Sequence record: PP554338.1
From: Klebsiella phage vB_KM5a1-KLB24
DNA length: 40,194 nt
Direction: 5' to 3' (one strand)
Shown here: piece by piece, positions 9,641-18,773 of the stretch
Layout: every line of letters begins with the position of its first letter
How positions within the stretch are numbered: position 1 is the first letter of the stretch
Made by a program: the position numbers and the translations under genes
The notes under the pieces: generated by a model
Told to the model about the DNA's origin: nothing
Database searches by the model: none
Seen by the model: the letters and a program-made list of their open reading frames with translations, nothing else

Positions 9641-9903
9641 TACACTGCATTCCCTATCACTTTAACAACCCATTCAGCGGGGCCAGTTAAAAGCATAAAC
9701 GATTCATCGGTTACGCTCTTTAAATGAACGTGAACGATGATTTCGTTCGCCCGCGTAACCCCCTTACGCGGCGCAACGCTTACGATGTTCATTCGCGAAT
9801 TGCAGATTAAAAAATCCAGCTTGTTAACCATTGCGACGGTTAACGCGTCAATTACAGCTTGGTCTGATTCTGAAATATTCATTTCGATAACTCCCGATAC
9901 CAC
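9640..9903 (-). CDS. Hypothetical protein
   Basis: 87-aa ORF, the last in the minus block. Confidence 0.35.
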   Translation of the reverse strand: MVSGVIEMNISESDQAVIDALTVAMVNKLDFLICNSRMNIVSVAPRKGVTRANEIIVHVHLKSVTDESFMLLTGPAEWVVKVIGNAV

Positions 9904-10085
9904 TGTTTTAATTTGCGCTTTTGCGCGATAAGCCCCGGAACATAACTAATTCTAAAAAGGTTCGGCGAAGGCTTTAAGGCTTTTTGCATTCTAATCCTAT
10001 GCTCAACCTGAGACAACAACCCGCCGACGTGTAACAGTAATTTCAAATGCCCGCGCGTAGGTTCGCGCCTGATTTGCTTTATCAT
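9879..10085 (-). CDS. Hypothetical basic protein (uncertain)
   Basis: 68-aa ORF that overlaps both neighbours. Confidence 0.25.
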   Translation of the reverse strand: MIKQIRREPTRGHLKLLLHVGGLLSQVEHRIRMQKALKPSPNLFRISYVPGLIAQKRKLKQWYRELSK

Positions 10086-10273
10086 TTGGTCGAATCCTTA
10101 AAATCACGTTTACGCATATGGCGAACAATTTTGTTCATCTTGCGCGCGCTGGCGTAGTTGCCGGAAAGTAAATAACCACGACGGAAAGTTGCGGCTATAC
10201 GCTTCCAGCGGCGAACGTCTTTATTATCATTTTTGCAAAGGCCCATTGAGTGACATTTACGAACTAATTTCAT
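10082..10273 (-). CDS. Hypothetical very basic small protein
   Basis: 63 aa, Lys/Arg-rich. A sigma70-like promoter and a motif copy precede it. Confidence 0.4.
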   Translation of the reverse strand: MKLVRKCHSMGLCKNDNKDVRRWKRIAATFRRGYLLSGNYASARKMNKIVRHMRKRDFKDSTK

Positions 10274-10317
10274 TTCTTTAAATCCTCATTCGGGGAAGTG
10301 GTGGAACCGATAAATTC

Positions 10318-10345
10318 ATAATACGCGAAATTCATAAATTCACAA
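10318..10345 (-). promoter_or_regulatory. Sigma70-like promoter TTGTGA-N16-TATTAT (minus strand)
   Basis: -35 and -10 hexamers with 16-nt spacing. A conserved AAATTCGCGTATTAT block is shared with the promoter at 38552-38579. A motif copy (10292-10306) lies just downstream of the -10. Confidence 0.45.
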
Positions 10346-10357
10346 TACCCCAAACGC

Positions 10358-10380
10358 AAAAAACCCGCAATTAAGCGGGC
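10358..10380 (-). terminator. Intrinsic terminator (GCCCGC-TTAATT-GCGGG + T6 in minus sense) after the 165-aa gene
   Basis: Hairpin plus T-run immediately upstream of the promoter above. Confidence 0.5.
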
Positions 10381-10402
10381 TTTCTGTTACTGCAAAGATC
10401 GT

Positions 10403-10900
10403 TTAGTCGTCCATGCCCGGAATCCCGGCCATTTCGGTTTGCTTGTCAGCGTCGCCAGCAGCGGCGGCGGCTTTTTCGGCGTTAGACTTGCGACCACGTT
10501 TTGATTTTTCCGGCTCCGCCAGCGTTTCAACCGCCGACCAGTCAATAGCGGCGTATTCGCTGAACGGGATTTGCTCAACGGTGAACGCGCCTTTTTCTTT
10601 AATCAGGTCGTTAACGTGCTTTTCGGCAAGCGCCGGGGAGGTCGCGAATTTAACAGTCGATTCACCGTTAAGGGTGATAACGAACGGATAAACGGCGGCG
10701 TCGTCTTTGCCACCTTCAACGCGGGTTACAGCGCTGAAATCGGTAGTTGCGTAATCAGCCATTGGCAGATTTTTAACTTCATACGCGAAATCAGCGGCGG
10801 CTAAATCGCGGGCGTGTGCTTCGGCGGTAGCCAGTGAAAGAGCGGCAACGACCAAAACTTTAGAGCCGATAGTCAGACGGAACGGGATAGGCTGAGACAT
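10403..10900 (-). CDS. Hypothetical protein downstream of the J-like gene
   Basis: 165 aa; AAGGAAA Shine-Dalgarno sequence before the ATG. Confidence 0.45.
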   Translation of the reverse strand: MSQPIPFRLTIGSKVLVVAALSLATAEAHARDLAAADFAYEVKNLPMADYATTDFSAVTRVEGGKDDAAVYPFVITLNGESTVKFATSPALAEKHVNDLIKEKGAFTVEQIPFSEYAAIDWSAVETLAEPEKSKRGRKSNAEKAAAAAGDADKQTEMAGIPGMDD

Positions 10901-10974
10901 AGTATTTTCCTTTACTCGATTGGTTGATTTAGGTTTTTGAATCGGTATCGCTACCGGACGAAAATCATATTAAT

Positions 10975-11006
10975 AAAAAGGGGCCGCAAGCGCAACCCCT
11001 TTTTTC
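10975..11006. terminator. Terminator-like hairpin (A5-GGGGCCGCAAGCGCAACCCC-T6) after the J-like gene
   Basis: GC hairpin with flanking A-run and T-run, 15 nt downstream of the J stop. Confidence 0.5.
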
Positions 11007-11019
11007 ATCTTTTTTTAAA

Positions 11020-14000
11020 TTACTGCATATCGGTAATGATGGTTTTCCCTTTGCGGTAGGCGCTGGCGGTTCCGTAGTATACCGGGTCGTTCGGCCTTTG
11101 CGGGTTCAGCACGTTATCCGGGCAAGTGATTTTGATAATCGCGCTTCGGCCCGTGGTCGTCCTTACACGGTAAACGACGTTCCCGTTAACCCCGGCAATT
11201 GGAACGGTCAGCATGTTGAGGGGAAACACCCTATCGCCGCCACCGTTGCCGGAATCCCAATACATTAATTGTTGCCAGCCTCCGCCGTTAACGCTTTGTT
11301 CAATGTAAAAATAGTTACGCTCATATGTGGACATAGAAAGAGACATGTTTGTTTCTAGAATCCTTTCGAAGTCCATTCCGTTAAGGCGCATAAACACGGC
11401 ATCAACCTGATTATCACCGCTATTGATTGAGCGGTTAGACCAAATCCCGGTTTGTTTAGTGAATAGGTCGCCGTCGATTTGCGCAACCGTCAATTTACCT
11501 TTAATTACGCAATTCTCGTTAATCGTTACGTTGTTCAGGGTTCCGGTTTGCGCCTGAATGTCTCCGCGAATTGTCAGCATACGGCGCGCGGTGTTGAAGT
11601 AAACCCACCGTTCATACGTATCAGGCGAACTAATCGCGAAGTAATCCGCCAGAATATCGACAACCGACGCTTTACCAATTGCAGCATTACCCGCATTAAC
11701 GTAAACACCAGAAACGCGCGGTTGCGTTCCGTTAGGGTCTACCACTCGGAGCGATGCCAATTGCGTTAATCCGGTAATATCCTGATTCATCTTTTTGATG
11801 TAATCGATATTCGGGATATCTGGCGCAATTAATCCGATGATATCGCCTGAGTTATTCGACGTTTTGGTTAACTTCGATTTAATCGCAGATACGCCCAACG
11901 GGTTAATAACGCGGCAACCGAACCAATATTCGGTATTTGGTTTCAATCCGCCTTTGTTCATTACCCACGCGCGGCCCAAATAGTTAATTCCGGCTAATAC
12001 TTCCGATTCAGTAGCGCCGAAGAACCATTGATATTGATCGCCCAATTCATCAACCGGGCCAGCGACCGGACGCAACGAAATGTCGAAGTTTCCGGGCGTC
12101 CAGCTAATATCCTGAACGGGCGAAGGCGGAGCAATTTTAAACGCTAAACTGTTCGGCGTTGACATTCGGTTATCTGTAATTGATACCGAAGTTATTGTAA
12201 CAATATAATTACCGGTATCGGGAATTTGTAATTTTAACATTGTCGTATCAATGTCACGGCTGAAATAGGCCAAATCTTCGCGCGTGATTCTGACACGGTA
12301 GCGGATATTCGTTCCCGCCGTTGGGTTATCAAATTTAATTACGATGTTGGCGTTCGATTTAAAATCTTCATAATCGACCGTAATATTTTTAACGGGAGGA
12401 ATCCCGCCGTAAATAGAACCCGTGTTTACGTCAGGCCCGAAATAAACGTTATTATCAATATCGGAATATTTGCGCGCCGCATGTTGAACGGCTGAAATCT
12501 GGAATTCCTGTTTTTTAGCGTCAAACGTAACATCGAGGCAACGGAACGTTCGCGGCTGAACGTCAATACGCGTAATGGTATAAACGCGGTCAGGCAGAAC
12601 GTTAACGCAAGGTTTTTCGAGGCGACAATTAAATTCGGCATCAATCGACACAATGCGAATTTTAATAAATGTCTTATCCTGCAAAAAGCCCATATAGACT
12701 TGCTCGCCACCAGCAAAGTTAATCGGTTTTTCGGCTTGAATATCGCGGTCGATTTGCACCATGTAACCATCGGCGGAAACGGCCTTGATACGCCCGCCCA
12801 TTTGGACGCCCGCCCATTGGTTATCCGCAATTTCGATAATGTCGCCCGGAACGTTTCGCAATCCCTGAATACCAGTTTTAAACGAAACGGCGCGGGTTTC
12901 CTGTTTTTCTGATTCCAGAATATACAGCCCCAAACGGCGCGCTTGCCCGCGTGACGTGGTACAAAACGCCGTTACCTTTTTAACGTTATAGCCGTAACGC
13001 GCGATTAACTCGTTATCAGCAACGTATTCAATGGCTTTTTCGTAATTGTTTTTGGGGTCACAATACGTCACCTCAACAACCGAATGTCGGTCGTTTAATT
13101 CCGTAGACGTATATTGGAATTGCCCGATTACGTTCGAGTTAGTATATTGCCCCACGATATCGCCGGGGAAGTCAACCGAAATCGAATTAATGGTTCCCAT
13201 CCAAACAGGCATCGCATTAAAAATAGATGTCAGGTCGTTTAAAACTTCCTGCGCTTGTCGCTGGTCATACAATACGCCATTACAGGTAAATCGCGGCTCA
13301 AGTTTCCCGTAACCATCATCAACCATGTTATCACAATAACGCGCCACCGCATAAAGTTGGTAAATGTCCACCATATCCGGCGTGATGAAATCCCCGCAAC
13401 CGAAAATTTCATTCGTCATTAATTCGTAATAAATCCAAACCGGGTTATTGGTAAATGCCATTTTGAAATTACCACCCCAAAATCCCGCGTATGTACGCGT
13501 AACGGGGTCGTAATTATCTGGCACTTGACAAATAATGCCGTCGATTAAATAATTTCGCGTCGGTGATGAACCGAATTGTTCGCTGTCAATTGTCATTCCA
13601 ACAACGGCGCAATAAGGGAACGTTTGTTTTGTATCGCGAATTTCGGTATATGAACGCCAGAACGAATCATTACGCAAGCGGGAATCGGTCGAATCGCGGG
13701 TTTCACGAATAACGCGAACGTCGAAAGGCGGAGCGGGCAAATCCACAATTTCCACGGGTAGCAACCATTCGCTTTCCGCCTTCTGGTTATTCAGGTCTAA
13801 ACGCGCCTTAATAACCCAATTACCGTTTATCAAAACTTCAACGCGTAGCGAAAGGCTGGTTCGGTTCATATCACCGTTAGTCTGATATGCGTAAAGAGCG
13901 GAGCCGCCCAACGTTAAACGCATCCTATCGACAACGCGGTTAATTGTCCGAACGATTGGCGAGCCGTATTTAACATCGACGCCCACGGAAATTTCCGAAT

Positions 14001-14262
14001 CAGAAGATTTAAAACCGTCTAAATATGTTTGGTCGGGCGTCCCATAGTTTGCCGCAACGGTAATTCCCGGAATGTTTTCTACACCGTCAGCATTATGAAC
14101 AGCCGTACCATTTAAATAAACGCTTTTTAAAATATCGTCAGGCGTGGCAAATCCTTTTATTGGGCCTTCGCTGATTAAATCCAGAACGGATAATTTCTGT
14201 TTGGTGCGTAGCGTGTCCGATTGAATAACGGGTGTATGTGCCTTTTTCGAACCTTTACCCAT
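11020..14262 (-). CDS. J: Lambda gpJ-like central tail fiber / host-specificity protein
   Basis: 1080 aa. The N-terminus MGKGSKKAHTP...LSVLDLISEGPIKG matches lambda J (MGKGSSKGHTP...LSVIDAISEGPIEG). Internal VGMTIDSEQFGS...QVPDNY and C-terminal TGTLNNVTINENCVIKGKL blocks also align to lambda J. Confidence 0.9.
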   Translation of the reverse strand: MGKGSKKAHTPVIQSDTLRTKQKLSVLDLISEGPIKGFATPDDILKSVYLNGTAVHNADGVENIPGITVAANYGTPDQTYLDGFKSSDSEISVGVDVKYGSPIVRTINRVVDRMRLTLGGSALYAYQTNGDMNRTSLSLRVEVLINGNWVIKARLDLNNQKAESEWLLPVEIVDLPAPPFDVRVIRETRDSTDSRLRNDSFWRSYTEIRDTKQTFPYCAVVGMTIDSEQFGSSPTRNYLIDGIICQVPDNYDPVTRTYAGFWGGNFKMAFTNNPVWIYYELMTNEIFGCGDFITPDMVDIYQLYAVARYCDNMVDDGYGKLEPRFTCNGVLYDQRQAQEVLNDLTSIFNAMPVWMGTINSISVDFPGDIVGQYTNSNVIGQFQYTSTELNDRHSVVEVTYCDPKNNYEKAIEYVADNELIARYGYNVKKVTAFCTTSRGQARRLGLYILESEKQETRAVSFKTGIQGLRNVPGDIIEIADNQWAGVQMGGRIKAVSADGYMVQIDRDIQAEKPINFAGGEQVYMGFLQDKTFIKIRIVSIDAEFNCRLEKPCVNVLPDRVYTITRIDVQPRTFRCLDVTFDAKKQEFQISAVQHAARKYSDIDNNVYFGPDVNTGSIYGGIPPVKNITVDYEDFKSNANIVIKFDNPTAGTNIRYRVRITREDLAYFSRDIDTTMLKLQIPDTGNYIVTITSVSITDNRMSTPNSLAFKIAPPSPVQDISWTPGNFDISLRPVAGPVDELGDQYQWFFGATESEVLAGINYLGRAWVMNKGGLKPNTEYWFGCRVINPLGVSAIKSKLTKTSNNSGDIIGLIAPDIPNIDYIKKMNQDITGLTQLASLRVVDPNGTQPRVSGVYVNAGNAAIGKASVVDILADYFAISSPDTYERWVYFNTARRMLTIRGDIQAQTGTLNNVTINENCVIKGKLTVAQIDGDLFTKQTGIWSNRSINSGDNQVDAVFMRLNGMDFERILETNMSLSMSTYERNYFYIEQSVNGGGWQQLMYWDSGNGGGDRVFPLNMLTVPIAGVNGNVVYRVRTTTGRSAIIKITCPDNVLNPQRPNDPVYYGTASAYRKGKTIITDMQ

Positions 14263-14287
14263 TTTAAAAATCCTCTTAATCGAAAAA

Positions 14288-14307
14288 CCCCCGAACGAAT
14301 CCGGGGG
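14288..14307 (-). terminator. Hairpin CCCCCG-N8-CGGGGG + T5 (minus sense), fused to a motif copy, 20 nt upstream of the J ATG
   Basis: In minus sense: TTCCACCACTCCCCCGGATTCGTTCGGGGGTTTTT, then a Shine-Dalgarno sequence and the ATG. Confidence 0.45.
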
Positions 14308-14317
14308 AGTGGTGGAA
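14303..14317. repeat. Dispersed 15-nt motif copy GGGGGAGTGGTGGAA (intergenic, ~40 nt upstream of J)
   Basis: Exact copy. Others are listed under findings. Confidence 0.7.
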
Positions 14318-14322
14318 TTTTC

Positions 14323-17172
14323 TTAAACTACGCGGCCCGTTTTTTTACAATATTGCAAATACGTGCCTAAGCCTTTTAAGATTTCCCCGGCCCAAAAGCC
14401 GAAAAACATTCCGTTATTTAATGCCCCGTCGCCGGAATTCTCCCTAACGGCTGGCGACCAACTACCATTCATAATAAAACCTGATTTTATAACAATATAA
14501 TTATCTTCTAATTCCTTTAAAAGCATCGTTATAATAGCATCAAGATTTACGTTTTGATAGCCCGCTAACGCCAGTTGACAGCATCCACACAACCATAACC
14601 CCGTCATATGCCCCGTAAAGTCGTTATCTGGTGCGGTTGGCGGCGCGTCGGCGGTGAATTCAGTCGGCGACCTGCCGTTGTTCGCCTTCATGAACGTATA
14701 AAGGAAGTTAACCCAATTATCTAAATACGGCTTTAATCGCGTAGGCATCGACCAGCCTTTTTCTACAATCAGTTGATAACCACGGGCCAAACCCTGAAAC
14801 GCGCGCGGCTGGTAGCCGCTCCAAGGGTCGTCGGCCCAATGGGTGTAAATGAATGTATTCGGCGTTCCGTATTTCAGGTTATCCCAACGCCACCAGACAT
14901 AAGCCGCCGCAACCGGGCCAGTAACGCCGATATGTGCTTTATATGCTTGCTGCGCGTCATAGCAGAAATTAACCATATTCGTAAGGCGCTTAATGTTTTC
15001 AGCGCGTCGGCCCGCGTTATCGTCGGTAACATAAATCGCCGGAACCTGATAGCCCGGATAAGGCAATCCGCGCCAGCCGTCATATTGCGGCGAATACGGG
15101 TCGTGAATATTCGAAAACGGAATTACGCCGGGAGTGTAGGTTAATGCGTCGTCGCGCTGTTTTGTAACGAAACAATCGCCAATAATACCCGTAAACGTTT
15201 CGTCGCATTGTAACGTGATATCGAAATAAAGCGTATATGAACCATTCACGTTAAAACGTTCGGGGATATCATTCACGCAATACAGATTCAGCGTTGCAAC
15301 CGTTCCGCTAGAATCCTGCAAAATAGAGAATTCTTTAATTACAGAATATGTCGGGGCGGTTGGTCGCGGTTCTTCGTCGCCGTGGTTTGGCTGATATCCC
15401 GAAAGGGTCAGGTTTTCCGGCAATAGCGCAAGCGTCGTATAAACTCCACTCGTACCCGGAACCATCCACCACCAGCGCCAGCCGTTATCATCTTCAAATC
15501 GAATATTGAAGTCGATAGCGGAATCCGTGGAATACGTGACGGAACGAATAGGCGCGGTTTCGGTTGGCTCTAAATAAAAGCCATAGCCCGCGCCGTCCTC
15601 ATTCATCGTATACGCCAATACGTTACCGTTACGACCATCAATAATGTTTTCTACGTATTTCAATTCGTAGGAAGCGTCACCGTATGCCGTCGCGTTACGT
15701 GTGTCAGCAACCAGATAATTCGAGCCGTCGCCTTTTTTAAGCGCCGTGAATTTATCTAGCGTAACGGTTTTCGGAACAATCGCCGCCGGGTCACTTTGAG
15801 TTGTCGGCGGAAGCGGTAATAACCAATCGCGCGTTACGATGTTGTCGCCTTTTGTGGTTGCCATTTTTAAAACTGGTTTGGCCTGAACCACTTTACCGGA
15901 ATTACCAACGCCGCCATATTCAATCGTAAATTCTGAATCGGTGTTTACGCGATACCATATTGATTGTTGCTCTAGCGTTACCTGCGCGCTTTGGTCAGTG
16001 GTAAAAACAATCATACCTTTAACCGGGTCGCGGTCATAAACAACTTTAGTTGACGACGGGTAATAATAATCGTAACTAATACCATCCGTGAAAGGCGTTG
16101 TTGCGCCTAACGCTTTACGGAAGAATTTATCGTTCGAATCAATATCCGCGTATTTGTTACAGGTGATTCGGCTACATTCATAAATTTTAGCGTAACGCGC
16201 TTTTTTGGTCGGGTCGGTTTCTAATTGCCACATTTCATAGGCGCAATCACAAAACCACTGTTCCGCATCCGACGCATTACCGTAAAAGCCCACAACGTCA
16301 ATCGGAACGTTTAACGGGCGGTTATGCCACGGCGCATTAGCCGCCATTAATCGCCCGCCATGTTCTACAGGTTGACGGTTTGCAAAGTTCAATTTGTATT
16401 TACCGTACAATGAACCCTCTACTTTTACGTAGCCTTTCATATTATCCGGGTAAATAACATCGTCCATCCGGTCGCCGTTCGAATTAAACTTTTTACCCTC
16501 ATAGTTAATTAATTCGATAACGTTAAATTCCGTTGCGCGTTTGCTCCAGTTGGTCGAGCCGTCCAAATTGGTTTCGTATGCGCTGGCGTTAATTGCATCC
16601 CACCCCAAATTGCCACGGAAAGCGAAAGTAACAACGTCGAGATATTCGCCCCAATACGGCGCGCCGTGGGGAATATAAACAACGCCGTTATTAAATTCGA
16701 ATTCCACGCCTTTAAAGCCGGAATGCGTAGGCCATTCTAAATCGATAGGCCAGTTCGCTAAAACTGGCTCTTTACCGTTTACAATCCAGTTGCAAACCCA
16801 TTCGTTCGGCGGGTCTGGAATTGGGTTAATTGGCTCGTTATAGAAATAGCGACAATATGCTTCAAATGTTTTTTCGCACCAATCCCACCAATAAGGGTCG
16901 TCGGTTGCCTTGAACATTTCAATAAAGCCCATCAGCGTAATCGATTGGCCTTCGGTTGTGGCGTCGCCGTTTGGCTGCGCTTCAAATTGGGCGCGCGCGA
17001 TGAAATGTCGGTTGTTCGACAAAACGAATTCAGGGTTAAAAACATAATGTTCCGTTTCGGCGTTATTGGTCTTGCCCGTGTTGCGCTCCAAAAAGCGAGC
17101 GTGACCATACGCCAATGATAACGCCTGATTAATTGCGGATTGTTGCGCGTTGGCTAAATCGTGCATTTTCAT
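14323..17172 (-). CDS. Large tail-module protein of unknown function (Trp/Tyr/Gly/Asn-rich; possibly an enzymatic or carbohydrate-binding tail-tip protein)
   Basis: 949-aa ORF inserted between the gpI-like and gpJ-like genes. It has many aromatic clusters (WWDW, WRWWW, VWWRW). No sialidase Asp-boxes were seen. Confidence 0.35.
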   Translation of the reverse strand: MKMHDLANAQQSAINQALSLAYGHARFLERNTGKTNNAETEHYVFNPEFVLSNNRHFIARAQFEAQPNGDATTEGQSITLMGFIEMFKATDDPYWWDWCEKTFEAYCRYFYNEPINPIPDPPNEWVCNWIVNGKEPVLANWPIDLEWPTHSGFKGVEFEFNNGVVYIPHGAPYWGEYLDVVTFAFRGNLGWDAINASAYETNLDGSTNWSKRATEFNVIELINYEGKKFNSNGDRMDDVIYPDNMKGYVKVEGSLYGKYKLNFANRQPVEHGGRLMAANAPWHNRPLNVPIDVVGFYGNASDAEQWFCDCAYEMWQLETDPTKKARYAKIYECSRITCNKYADIDSNDKFFRKALGATTPFTDGISYDYYYPSSTKVVYDRDPVKGMIVFTTDQSAQVTLEQQSIWYRVNTDSEFTIEYGGVGNSGKVVQAKPVLKMATTKGDNIVTRDWLLPLPPTTQSDPAAIVPKTVTLDKFTALKKGDGSNYLVADTRNATAYGDASYELKYVENIIDGRNGNVLAYTMNEDGAGYGFYLEPTETAPIRSVTYSTDSAIDFNIRFEDDNGWRWWWMVPGTSGVYTTLALLPENLTLSGYQPNHGDEEPRPTAPTYSVIKEFSILQDSSGTVATLNLYCVNDIPERFNVNGSYTLYFDITLQCDETFTGIIGDCFVTKQRDDALTYTPGVIPFSNIHDPYSPQYDGWRGLPYPGYQVPAIYVTDDNAGRRAENIKRLTNMVNFCYDAQQAYKAHIGVTGPVAAAYVWWRWDNLKYGTPNTFIYTHWADDPWSGYQPRAFQGLARGYQLIVEKGWSMPTRLKPYLDNWVNFLYTFMKANNGRSPTEFTADAPPTAPDNDFTGHMTGLWLCGCCQLALAGYQNVNLDAIITMLLKELEDNYIVIKSGFIMNGSWSPAVRENSGDGALNNGMFFGFWAGEILKGLGTYLQYCKKTGRVV

Positions 17173-17175
17173 ATA

Positions 17176-18153
17176 TTAGAACCCCTGCCCGCTGAAATAA
17201 CCTTTCCAGCTTGCGCCGTTGTCTTTGGTTGAAAACGTCAATACGTCCTCTTTGCCCACATCCCACGACAATTTCGGCTTTTTGCCATTCTGCCATTTTA
17301 CCGTATTGGGGTAATTAAGGAGGTTGGCCCCGGTTACTTGCTTAACGTCGATTGTAAATTGCTGCGCTAAATCGGTATCAGTATTCGCATTCGCGAAAGT
17401 CAGCGCGCACGGGTTAACGTTAGAAAGGTTTAAAACGAATTCCGTTCCAGCCGCCAAATCAATTAATGCGGTTGTCTGCGCCGCCGAAACGTTAATTACA
17501 ACCTTTTTGTAAATTGTGCCAATTTGATAACGCCGCGCATCGTTTGCGCTACCCTGCGCCGCCGTTGCTGCGCTGGTGGCAGTTTGCGCGCCTTGCGTTG
17601 CAGTTGCCGCCGCCGCTTGCGCATCGGTTTTAGCGTTAATTGCCGCCGTTGCCTGATTTGCGGAAGTCTGCGCGCTACCCTGAGAAGCCGCCGCCGCTGT
17701 TTGCGCTTCGTCGCGACGGTCAGCCGCGTTATTTGCAGATTGCGCCGCCTGATTCGCCAGTTCAGTAACTTCCGTCACCATTGCCGCCGATGCCGCCGCA
17801 TCTTGCGCCGACTGCGCGGCTTGCGCGGCTAATTCCATAACCTGCCGTACAACGTCAGGCGTTAAATCGCCGGGGTCTAGCGCGTTCAGGTAGTTGTTAA
17901 TTGGCCCGTCGGGGTCATTTGTACCGATAATGATTTGGCCCGCGTATTCGATATCGTCAGTATATGAACGCGTCCAGACTTCATAAACGCCGATTGGACA
18001 TTCAAACGAATAATAGCCCGCGTTATTCGTCTGAAATTCTCCTTTCAGCCCTTTAATCATTACCGACGTATTCGCTTTACTGAATAGGACAATATAGGCA
18101 TTTGCCATTAATTGCCCCGTAGGAGCCTTTAGAACGCCTTTTAATACGGTCAT
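17176..18153 (-). CDS. Fibre-like tail protein with an N-terminal carboxypeptidase-regulatory-like beta-sandwich and a central Ala/Gln-rich low-complexity segment
   Basis: 325 aa. N-terminal GQLMANAYIVLF...TNNAGYYSF pattern, then ~100 aa rich in AAQ / SAQ / TAA repeats. The + strand ORF 17524..17832 is an artifact of this repeat. Confidence 0.4.
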   Translation of the reverse strand: MTVLKGVLKAPTGQLMANAYIVLFSKANTSVMIKGLKGEFQTNNAGYYSFECPIGVYEVWTRSYTDDIEYAGQIIIGTNDPDGPINNYLNALDPGDLTPDVVRQVMELAAQAAQSAQDAAASAAMVTEVTELANQAAQSANNAADRRDEAQTAAAASQGSAQTSANQATAAINAKTDAQAAAATATQGAQTATSAATAAQGSANDARRYQIGTIYKKVVINVSAAQTTALIDLAAGTEFVLNLSNVNPCALTFANANTDTDLAQQFTIDVKQVTGANLLNYPNTVKWQNGKKPKLSWDVGKEDVLTFSTKDNGASWKGYFSGQGF

Positions 18154-18164
18154 TTTGTTTATCC

Positions 18165-18773
18165 TTAATTACGTGGCATCGTTTCGATTGATTGTTGGAT
18201 TACGCGCGAACCGACCAGCATTCGCCCCATAACAATTGGAATCGGTGCGCCTTGCGCCGCCATATTGTCAATCGACGAAAACGACGTGTTTTTTTCGTTC
18301 GCGCTCGACGTGTCAAATTTACCAGCTTTCGGAATTTTGGTAAACAACATCGCCGCCCCGCCAAACACCATCAACGCACCAGCCGCCGCCATAGCCATAG
18401 CGCCAGCCGACCACGCCGCCAGCGACGCACCACCGGACGGAATAGCCAGAACAATAGCGACAATCCCGGCGACAATCATAAAGATGCCGCCCAATACGTT
18501 ACCACCAGCGCCAGCGCGCGCCGGGGCAATAACTACCGTGTCGTTTTCGCCTAACGGGTATTGAAACGCCCGAACGATATCGGCGTTATCGTTGCCAGTG
18601 CATGAACGCCCGTTAATGCGAATTCTGATATCTACCGATTTTAATTTATTGCGAAACCCTTCAACCTGAAACATTAAAGAGCGAATCGCTTCGGTAATAT
18701 TGCGGGCGCGCATTTCGAAAACGTTTCCGTATTCGGTTTCGCCCAATGAGCCAGCAAGGATAAATTTAGCCAT
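18165..18773 (-). CDS. I: Lambda gpI-like tail assembly protein
   Basis: NTSFSSIDNMAAQGAPIPIVMGRMLVGSRVIQQSI aligns to lambda I NTYFSSLDNMVAQGNVLPVLYGEMRVGSRVVSQEI. There is a Gly/Ala-rich hydrophobic mid-region, as in gpI. Confidence 0.85.
   Translation of the reverse strand: MAKFILAGSLGETEYGNVFEMRARNITEAIRSLMFQVEGFRNKLKSVDIRIRINGRSCTGNDNADIVRAFQYPLGENDTVVIAPARAGAGGNVLGGIFMIVAGIVAIVLAIPSGGASLAAWSAGAMAMAAAGALMVFGGAAMLFTKIPKAGKFDTSSANEKNTSFSSIDNMAAQGAPIPIVMGRMLVGSRVIQQSIETMPRN

Noticed and set aside
14323-17172. 949-aa protein as an endosialidase or tailspike depolymerase of a known family
   Set aside because: There are no Asp-box (SxDxGxTW) motifs or other recognisable catalytic signatures, so only a generic possible-glycan-active call is made.
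17524-17832. Arg/Cys-rich + strand ORF opposite the 325-aa fibre-like gene
   Set aside because: It is the antisense of the GCN-rich Ala/Gln repeat, which is a typical shadow ORF.
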